Shown piece after piece: positions 1 to 6,121 of a stretch of 64,000 bases of DNA; positions within the stretch are counted from its first letter, which is position 1; each line of letters opens with the position of its first letter. The notes under the pieces are model-generated. The model did not search any database and was not told the origin of the DNA. It saw nothing but the letters and a program-made list of their open reading frames with translations. A program made the translations under genes and the position numbers. Source of the stretch: Virgisporangium ochraceum (GTDB lineage: Bacteria > Actinomycetota > Actinomycetes > Mycobacteriales > Micromonosporaceae); contig NZ_BOPH01000083.1 of assembly GCF_016863655.1 (NCBI RefSeq), positions 29,901-93,900 of the forward strand, in the 5' to 3' direction.

Positions 1-268
1 CGGCGACGTCGTCGGCCAGCAGCGTCGGCCGCAGGTCGTCGACCGGCAGCGTGCCGAGCGGTGGGACACGGGCGCTGCGCCCGCAGCCCCGCAGGTCGAA
101 CATGACCACGTGCGCCACGTCGCCGAGCCGCTCGACGGCCGGCGCCAGGTAGGAGTGGTCCCACGTCGGTCCGCCGTGCACCACCACGAGCGGGGGCAGC
201 GCCGGGTCACCGACCCTGCGGACGAACATGTCGAGACCGTTGACCCGCACCCGCTCGCCGTCGCCCAC
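1..268 (-). CDS. alpha/beta-fold hydrolase (proline-iminopeptidase-like), N-terminal part only; gene runs off the window start
   Basis: Reverse-strand translation from GTG at 266-268 gives MGDGERVRVNGLDMFVRRVGDPALPPLVVVHGGPTWDHSYLAPAVERLGDVAHVVMFDLRGCGRS..., with the HGGP oxyanion-hole motif. An in-frame TAG lies two codons upstream of the GTG. It is absent from the ORF table because no stop falls inside the window. Confidence 0.6.
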   Translation of the reverse strand, partial: MGDGERVRVNGLDMFVRRVGDPALPPLVVVHGGPTWDHSYLAPAVERLGDVAHVVMFDLRGCGRSARVPPLGTLPVDDLRPTLLADDVA

Positions 269-405
269 GCCCGTCCCCTCCCCCGTGACCCGACGACCCT
301 ACCGGGGCGGCGCGACCGCCGGAAGCCGTGCGAGGATCGCCGGATGCCCGGACCCCACGCCGTGACCCCCGACCCGCGCCGCACCGACCGGGACGGGAGC
401 TGACC

Positions 406-852
406 GTGGGCGCCTCGGCGTGGGACTACTACGTCCCCTACCGCACCGACCTGAACGCCGCGCTGCTCGACCTGCAGGCCCGGGTGCTGGCGGAGGGCAC
501 GTACTACTGGGCCGGCGGCGGTGCGGCGTTCGGGGAGGCGAAGCAGTTCCCGAACCGGCCCATGACCATCGACGACCTGTGGGCCGAGGAGATCGTGCAG
601 AGCGAGGGCACGCATTCGATCCTCGACATGAACCGGGTCGTCGGTCCCGGCGAGAAACCCGACTTCGGGACCGTCGAACCGGTGACGCCGGAGGAGGCGC
701 GCCGGTGCGCCGGCACCGAGGTCCTCACCCGTGAGCACGTCCCGCTCCTCGACGACCTGGCGGACCGGCGCTGGTTCGGCCGCTGCGCAATTCTGCACGA
801 CGCCGACGGCCGCCCCACCGAGCTCTACTTCTTCGGCTTCTCCGGCGACTAA
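406..852 (+). CDS. hypothetical protein (family not recognised)
   Basis: ORF 328..852 with non-repetitive, balanced composition (WDYYVPYRTDLNAALLDLQARVLAEGTYYWAGGG...). The likely start is the GTG at 406; the upstream part of the ORF is Arg/Pro-rich. It ends with TAA, which is rare at this GC. Confidence 0.45.
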   Translation: MGASAWDYYVPYRTDLNAALLDLQARVLAEGTYYWAGGGAAFGEAKQFPNRPMTIDDLWAEEIVQSEGTHSILDMNRVVGPGEKPDFGTVEPVTPEEARRCAGTEVLTREHVPLLDDLADRRWFGRCAILHDADGRPTELYFFGFSGD

Positions 853-880
853 GGCCGCCCGGCGCCGGGCCGGGCAAGAC

Positions 881-947
881 CGACAGTGGTGGCGACTTTC
901 TGCTGTTTCGGCCGGGGTGAAACCGCGAAAAGTCGCCACCACTGTCG
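881..947. terminator. 19-bp perfect inverted repeat (CGACAGTGGTGGCGACTTT / AAAGTCGCCACCACTGTCG) with a nested GTTTC/GAAAC hairpin in the 29-nt loop; bidirectional terminator candidate between convergent genes
   Basis: Left arm 881-899, right arm 929-947. It lies between the stop at 852 (+) and the modA stop at 981 (-). Confidence 0.5.
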
Positions 948-980
948 ACCACACCGGCGCTGGTCTGGACGGCCCGGCCT

Positions 981-1805
981 CTAGACGGGAGACAGGCCCG
1001 CGTCGGCGAAGATGTGGCGCGCCAGCGCCGATCCCAGGAACGCGACGAACGCGTCGGCGCCCACGGGGTTGGCGCCGGTGGTCACCCGGAGCGCGGTGTA
1101 CTCGTCGGCGATGCGGTTCGCCTCGGAGAAGTCGACGGCGCGCAGGCCCGCTCCGGCGGCCACGACGTCGGTCCGGTGGACGAGCGCGGCATCGGCGGCG
1201 CCGGACCGCACGCGGGTCAGCGCGGTGGCCGGGTCGGGCTCCACCGACACCGGTCGCACGGCGACGGCCGCGGCGTCGAGGGCGGCACGGCCCGTCCGTC
1301 CACAGGGGATGGTCTCGACGCACAGCGCCACGCGGGCACCGGGAAGGTCCGCGACGCCGGCGATCGCGGTGGAGCCGGGCACGGCGATCACGATCGGGTT
1401 CCGCGCGACCACGGTCGGGCCGCCGCGGACGTGCGCGGCGGTCAGCTGACCGGTGGCGGCCGCGTCCGCGGAGACGAACACGTCGACGGACGCCCCGGCG
1501 ATGATGTGCAACGCGTGCCCGGCGCCGGGACCGTACTCGACCGCGACGCCGATGCCGGGGAACGCCTCCTCGAACCTCGGAACGAGCAGGGTGAGGGTGG
1601 GGCGCAGCTCGTCGGCGGCGTGCACCACGACCGTCCCGTTGGGCGCGCCCGGTGACGGCGGCCCGGCGTCGTGGTGGTGCCCGTGACCGGTGGACGACGG
1701 CGACGCGGAGGCCGGCGCCGCCGCCGGAGCGGCGCCCGGGGACGGGCCGGAACAGGCGGACAGGCACAGGGCCAGCGCGGCGGCGACGGCGAAGCGACGG
1801 ACCAT
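981..1805 (-). CDS. modA: molybdate ABC transporter substrate-binding lipoprotein ModA
   Basis: Within ORF 981..2063. The true start is the ATG at 1803-1805 (MVRRFAVAAALALCLSACSG, lipobox LSAC), preceded by RBS GAGGGAG. Periplasmic-binding-protein fold typical of ModA. No modB or modC is adjacent. Confidence 0.8.
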   Translation of the reverse strand: MVRRFAVAAALALCLSACSGPSPGAAPAAAPASASPSSTGHGHHHDAGPPSPGAPNGTVVVHAADELRPTLTLLVPRFEEAFPGIGVAVEYGPGAGHALHIIAGASVDVFVSADAAATGQLTAAHVRGGPTVVARNPIVIAVPGSTAIAGVADLPGARVALCVETIPCGRTGRAALDAAAVAVRPVSVEPDPATALTRVRSGAADAALVHRTDVVAAGAGLRAVDFSEANRIADEYTALRVTTGANPVGADAFVAFLGSALARHIFADAGLSPV

Positions 1806-1826
1806 CGGGCTCCCTCGTGGTCGGTC

Positions 1827-1861
1827 GGCCCGGCCCGGGGCGGGTGGCCCCGGGCCGGGCC
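1827..1861 (-). terminator. GC-rich hairpin (GGCCCGGCCCGGGG-N7-CCCCGGGCCGGGCC) downstream of the LPMO gene and upstream of modA
   Basis: 14-bp perfect stem. No U-tract follows, as is common in actinomycete terminators. Confidence 0.45.
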
Positions 1862-1884
1862 GTGTGGACGTCACCCGAGGGGTG

Positions 1885-2592
1885 TCAGCAGGGGCCGTTG
1901 TCCGTCCACGGACCCCATTGCCCGCCGGTCCCGGGGGTCTCGCCCTGCGTCCAGTGCCGTGCGGTGTACCTGCGGCCGTTGTGCGAGACGACGGCGCCCG
2001 CGGTGTAGACGGCCGAGGCGTTCCACGCCGGGCCGCACGGGTTGCCACCGCCACCGCCGCCACCGCCGCCGCCGGTGCCGTTGACGTTCACGTCGACGCA
2101 GGCGTAGAAGGCCATCGGGGTGTCGAGGATGTTCCAGACGGCCAGGATCTTGTGCCGTCCACCGGGCAGCCCGGTGAGCTGGTGGCTGAGCTGCGGCGGC
2201 GGCTGGGCATTGCCGTTGGTGAACGTCTGGTGCAGGTTGCCGTCGACGTAGTACTGCCAGTTGAGCGTGCGGTGCATGGCCGTGTTGCGCCAGGTGAACG
2301 ACGCCGAGCTTCCGATCGACTGGACCTGCCAGCCCTTGGACTCGTTGTCGAGCTCCGAGAAGCGGCCGCCGCCGCTGCACAGGCGGGAGCCCTTCTCGGC
2401 CTCGACGCTCTGTGGTTCGTACCGGACGTCGCCGCAGTTGGCGACCGCGCCGGTGGCGCACTGGTCCTGGCGGCTCGCGGGGTTGGTGATCCAGCCGTGC
2501 GCACTGGCCGGCGACGCCGGGAGGATCACGGTGAACAGCGGGGCGGTGAGGATGGCGGCGGCGAGGACCGCCAGCCTGCGTCGGTGGGACAT
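1885..2592 (-). CDS. secreted lytic polysaccharide monooxygenase (AA10, chitin-binding-protein type) with Gly-rich linker and C-terminal CBM5/12-like chitin-binding module
   Basis: ORF 1885..2619 with ATG at 2590-2592 and RBS GAGGAGGG. A signal peptide ends ...PASPASA, and the next residue is His (HGWITNPASRQ), the AA10 His-brace. A G11 linker follows, then an aromatic-rich C-terminal module (AWNASAVYTAGAVVSHNGRRYTARHWTQGETPG...WGPWTDNGPC). Confidence 0.85.
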   Translation of the reverse strand: MSHRRRLAVLAAAILTAPLFTVILPASPASAHGWITNPASRQDQCATGAVANCGDVRYEPQSVEAEKGSRLCSGGGRFSELDNESKGWQVQSIGSSASFTWRNTAMHRTLNWQYYVDGNLHQTFTNGNAQPPPQLSHQLTGLPGGRHKILAVWNILDTPMAFYACVDVNVNGTGGGGGGGGGGNPCGPAWNASAVYTAGAVVSHNGRRYTARHWTQGETPGTGGQWGPWTDNGPC

Positions 2593-2763
2593 GTCCCTCC
2601 TCAGGGAAACGAGGGCCACAGCCGACGTTTGGTCCGCCCACCGACATCGACCTTTGCATTAGGGAACGTCAATGGATTTACGTTTGTCAACACTTCCGGC
2701 CGTACCGGTCCAGTCCGGTTCGGTCCACCCGTTCCGGAGGTCCCGGCCGGTAGGGTCGTCGGT

Positions 2764-3708
2764 GTGGATCTGGACGTCACCGCCGCCCGGCTCGGGGTCC
2801 CCGTCGACGAGGTCGACCGCGTGCACCGGCTCGCCGGCGACCTGCCCTCGGCGCCGCTGCCCGACCGGGCCGACGCGCCCGCGATCCTCGACCGGCTCGC
2901 GGTGCGGCCCGACGACGCCGCCGAGATCATGGCGGGCTGGCCCGACCGCGACTCTCCACTGTGGACGCCCGAGCTGCGGTGGCTGCTCGACCGCTCGACC
3001 GCCCTCGTGGGCGCCGATCTCGGCGGCCACGGCTGGCTGACGCCCGGCCCGGAGCTGCCCCGCGACCGCGGCCCGGCCTGGCGGCACTTCTACGTGTACG
3101 CGTACCTGGCGCTGACCGACGTCGTCCGCGGGTACCACCGCGACCACGGCATCGGCGACGCGGTCACCTGGACGACGCTGGCCGACCTCGGCCGCAACCT
3201 CGCGGTCGACCGGCGGATGAACGGCGAGGGCTGGCCGGTCATGCAGGCCTGGCTGAGCCTGCACTGGCGCGGCGCCGTCTACGAGCTGGGCCGGTTGCAG
3301 CACCACCGCGGCGACGCCGACCTCGGCCTGCACATCCCCGAGTCCGGACCGATGACCCCCGAGGCGGTCACGGCCTCGCTCGACGCCGCCCGCGCGTTCT
3401 TCCCGCGCCACTTCCCCGACGAGCACTACACGCACTTCTCCTGCGGCTCCTGGCTGCTCGACCCGCAGCTGCGGGAGTACCTGCCCGGAGACTCCAACAT
3501 CATCCGGTTCCAGGACCGGTTCGAGCTCAAGCCCTACCAGGAGCCCGAAGGGATCGACTGCGACGTCGAGGTGCTGCGGTTCGTGTTCCGCACCCTGACG
3601 ACGCCGCTCGACCAGCTACCCCGCCGCACCGTTCTCCAGCGGGCGGTCATCGACCACCTGAAGGCCGGCCGCCACTGGCAATGGCGGCACGGCCGCTTCC
3701 CCATGTGA
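2764..3708 (+). CDS. acyltransferase-domain (GNAT-like C-terminal fold) protein, function unknown
   Basis: This is the C-terminal part of ORF 1690..3708; the N-terminal 350 aa of that ORF is Arg/Ala-rich frame artefact. Plausible GTG start at 2764. Conserved-looking motifs include HIPESGPMTPEAV, FFPRHFPDEHYTHFSCGSWLLDPQLREYLP and SNIIRFQDRF. The family assignment is from memory and of low certainty. Confidence 0.5.
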   Translation: MDLDVTAARLGVPVDEVDRVHRLAGDLPSAPLPDRADAPAILDRLAVRPDDAAEIMAGWPDRDSPLWTPELRWLLDRSTALVGADLGGHGWLTPGPELPRDRGPAWRHFYVYAYLALTDVVRGYHRDHGIGDAVTWTTLADLGRNLAVDRRMNGEGWPVMQAWLSLHWRGAVYELGRLQHHRGDADLGLHIPESGPMTPEAVTASLDAARAFFPRHFPDEHYTHFSCGSWLLDPQLREYLPGDSNIIRFQDRFELKPYQEPEGIDCDVEVLRFVFRTLTTPLDQLPRRTVLQRAVIDHLKAGRHWQWRHGRFPM

Positions 3709-4954
3709 CACCCAGCCGGGCGACCTCGGCGGTGTCGCCGCCGCGGGTGGCCAGCTCCAGGTGGTCGGCCACGATGCGCAGCGGGTCGGGCAGCCAGCCC
3801 GACCGCGTCGTCCAGTTCCGGAGGACCTCGGCGCAGCCCGTCTCCCGGCCCGCGAGCGCGCCGAGCACCTGCTCGCGGCGCAGCTGCTCCGGGTCGTGCG
3901 ACAGCGGTTGGAGGCGGCCGGACCGGAGGCCCACGTGGTGGGTCGACCCGCCGCAGTCGACCGCGATCCGCTCCGGCACCCGCGCACCCGGCGGCCGGGT
4001 GTGCGGCTCGTCGGCCCGGTCGGGGAACAACGCCCCGCGTACCAGGGGATGCAGCTCCCCGGGCGGCATCGCCCCGATCCGCAGCGGGCCCATGAACCAC
4101 CGGTCGGAGACGGCCTCGCCCGGCAGGTCCGGTGCCGCCGGCGGCCGGTCGTCGGCCACGTGCAGCAGCGGTTGCCGCCCGGGCCGCAGCGTCAGCGCGA
4201 GCCCGGCGTACACGTGCGGCTCGCGCTCCACGCGGCGCACGACCCCGACGGTGCCGGCGTCGGCGCCCAGCAGGTCGCGGGCGACCGCGACCAGGTAGCT
4301 CCAGCGGACCCCGCGCACGGCGCACTCCGCCAGGATCTCCGCGACGCCCGGGCCGAGGTCGACGCCGGCGGCCCGCCACGCGGTGCGCCAGGTGCGGTCG
4401 TGCCCGGACAGGTCGTGGGGCAGCCGGCACTCCCATTCGGTGAGTGCCGCCCGGTCGCCCGCCGGCGGATCCGCGCCGGGCAGTTCGTCCTCGCCCAGCC
4501 GCCGGCCGTCACGGTGGAAGAACGGCGTGCGGTCGGCGCCTCCCACCTGGACGCGGAACCGGTCGACGTGCCGGACGTCCCACAGGCACCGGCTGAGGTG
4601 CCTACCCGGCAGGGGCGGCGCCGGGTCGACGGCGAGGATCAGCCGCGGCGCGGGGTCGGCGACCGGTGGCGTCGTGACGACGAGCGCGCGGGCCGGCCCG
4701 TCGGTGGCGAGCACCGTCGGGGTGACGGACCGCAGCCGCAGGTCGGCGTCGAACAGGTGCCACCGGACGAGGTCGGGCGCGAGGTGCCGGAGGTCGTCAG
4801 CGAACCGGTCGGCCGCGTCGCCGGTCACCGACGGATGGACCTCGACGCGGGCCGCCGCGCACGCGCCGCGCCAGTCGCCGGCGAGCCGCCGTTCGGTGGC
4901 GGCGCGTACCATGGCGGGGCTCAGGTCGTACCGGCGCCAGATGCCCCACCCCAT
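3647..4954 (-). CDS. hypothetical protein (435 aa), family not recognised
   Basis: Full ORF with an ATG start (MGWGIWRRYDL...), diverse composition and no low-complexity tail. Its 3' end overlaps the convergent gene 2764..3708 by about 60 bp. Confidence 0.5.
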   Translation of the reverse strand: MGWGIWRRYDLSPAMVRAATERRLAGDWRGACAAARVEVHPSVTGDAADRFADDLRHLAPDLVRWHLFDADLRLRSVTPTVLATDGPARALVVTTPPVADPAPRLILAVDPAPPLPGRHLSRCLWDVRHVDRFRVQVGGADRTPFFHRDGRRLGEDELPGADPPAGDRAALTEWECRLPHDLSGHDRTWRTAWRAAGVDLGPGVAEILAECAVRGVRWSYLVAVARDLLGADAGTVGVVRRVEREPHVYAGLALTLRPGRQPLLHVADDRPPAAPDLPGEAVSDRWFMGPLRIGAMPPGELHPLVRGALFPDRADEPHTRPPGARVPERIAVDCGGSTHHVGLRSGRLQPLSHDPEQLRREQVLGALAGRETGCAEVLRNWTTRSGWLPDPLRIVADHLELATRGGDTAEVARLGVTWGSGRAAIASGGRPSGGR

Positions 4955-4963
4955 ACCGGAACG

Positions 4964-5476
4964 CTAACCACCGGCGACAACCGGCAACGCACGCTGCATG
5001 AGCACCGTGTCGACCCAGCGGCCGTGCTTGTGCCCGACGGCGGTGAGCCGGCCGGCGTTGGCGAACCCGAGCCGCCGGTGCAGGGCGGCCGACGCGTCGC
5101 TGCCGGTGTCGGCGATGACGGCCACGACCTGCCGCATCCCGGCCGCCGCGCACCCGTCGAGCACCGCCGCCAGGAGCGCCCGGCCGAGGCCGCGGCCGGT
5201 GAAGCCGGGCGCGAGGTACACCGAGTCCTCCACCGTGTGCCGGTACGCCGGCTTGGGCCGCCACGGGCCGGCGTACGCGTACCCGGCCACCTCGCCGTCG
5301 ACGGTCGCGACCAGGAACGGCAGGCCGCGCGCGGCGAGGTCGTCGTGCCGGGCCCGCCAGTCGGCCACGGTCGGCGGGGTCTCCTCGAACGTCACCACCG
5401 TGTCGGTGACGTAGTGCGCGTAGATGCGGGCGACGGCCCCGAGATCGGCGGGGGCCGCGGGCGAGATGACCGGCAT
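4964..5476 (-). CDS. GNAT family N-acetyltransferase (phosphinothricin-acetyltransferase-like)
   Basis: C-terminal 170 aa of the artefactual 1220-aa ORF 4964..8626, with the ATG at MPVISPAAPADLGAVARIYAHYV. GNAT core motifs present: VATVDGEVAGYAY, RGLGRALLAAVL and RLGF. Confidence 0.8.
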   Translation of the reverse strand: MPVISPAAPADLGAVARIYAHYVTDTVVTFEETPPTVADWRARHDDLAARGLPFLVATVDGEVAGYAYAGPWRPKPAYRHTVEDSVYLAPGFTGRGLGRALLAAVLDGCAAAGMRQVVAVIADTGSDASAALHRRLGFANAGRLTAVGHKHGRWVDTVLMQRALPVVAGG

Positions 5477-5527
5477 ACGACGTCCATCCGTTTCCTCTAT
5501 AGCGGAACGAGGGCCTATTATAGTGAA

Positions 5528-6094
5528 ATGCTCGCGGAACTGGGCGCTCGGATCCAGCGGCTGCGCCTCGACCGCGCGCTGACCCTGCAGGCGCTGGCCG
5601 ACGCCGCGTCGGTGAGCGTCAGCATGCTGTCGTCGGTGGAGCACGGGCAGAAGTCGCCCACGATCACGGTGCTCGCCCGCATCGCCGGCGGCCTCGCCGT
5701 GCCCCTGGCCGACCTCGTCGCCCCGCCGGAGGAGACCCGGGTCGTCGTGCGCCGCAGGGCCGAACAGGACGTCGTCGACGAGCCCGGCGGGTGGCGGCGC
5801 ACGATCCTCACACCCGTGGTGCCCGGGGTGAACTTCGAGTGGGTCCGCACCACGCTGCCGCCGGGCTGCGACGCCGGCGTGTTCCCCGCCTACGCCAGCG
5901 GCTCCCACGAGTTCGTCGTCGTGCGGTCGGGCCGGCTGCGGCTCACGATCGACGACGCGCCCGTCGATCTGGGCGCCGGCGACTCGGTGTACTTCGCGGC
6001 CGACGTTGCGCACGCGTACGCCAATCCCGGCCGCCGGCCGTGCACGTACGACGTGGCCGCGCTCATCATGCGTCCGCGCCGCCCACGCCCCTGA
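5528..6094 (+). CDS. XRE-family HTH transcriptional regulator with C-terminal cupin domain
   Basis: ATG at 5528 inside ORF 3761..6094. HTH_3 signature (LRLDRALTLQALADAASVSVSMLSSVEHGQKSPTITVLARIA) plus a cupin beta-barrel (EFVVVRSGRLRLTIDDAPVDLGAGDSVYF). Divergent from the GNAT gene, with a 50-bp shared promoter region. Confidence 0.8.
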   Translation: MLAELGARIQRLRLDRALTLQALADAASVSVSMLSSVEHGQKSPTITVLARIAGGLAVPLADLVAPPEETRVVVRRRAEQDVVDEPGGWRRTILTPVVPGVNFEWVRTTLPPGCDAGVFPAYASGSHEFVVVRSGRLRLTIDDAPVDLGAGDSVYFAADVAHAYANPGRRPCTYDVAALIMRPRRPRP

Positions 6095-6121
6095 GCCGGC
6101 TCCTACGCCTACGATCGTCGG

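Noticed and set aside
905-923. GTTTC....GAAAC dyad inside the 881-947 hairpin loop, reminiscent of parS (tGTTTCACGTGAAACa)
   Set aside because: The central ACGT core is absent (a 9-nt GC insert replaces it). It is interpreted as a nested stem of the terminator hairpin.
2090-2125. Run of 11 Gly codons (GGN)11 in the LPMO gene
   Set aside because: This is an in-frame linker between the catalytic and binding modules, not a tandem-repeat expansion or a slippage site of regulatory interest.
2593-2763. Search for a DasR dre box (ACTGGTCTAGACCACT) upstream of the LPMO
   Set aside because: Only weak partial matches (TGGTCCGCCCACC; GGTCCAGTCCGG). No convincing 16-bp site by eye, so it is reported only as an AT-rich promoter island to be scanned with a PWM.
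5400-5530. Apparent 1-nt inconsistencies between my in-line base counting and the ORF-table frames (also near 12660 and 12727)
   Set aside because: All of them fall at printed line junctions and cancel within a few dozen bases. I attribute them to my transcription of the text, not to biology. Coordinates were taken from ORF-table arithmetic instead.
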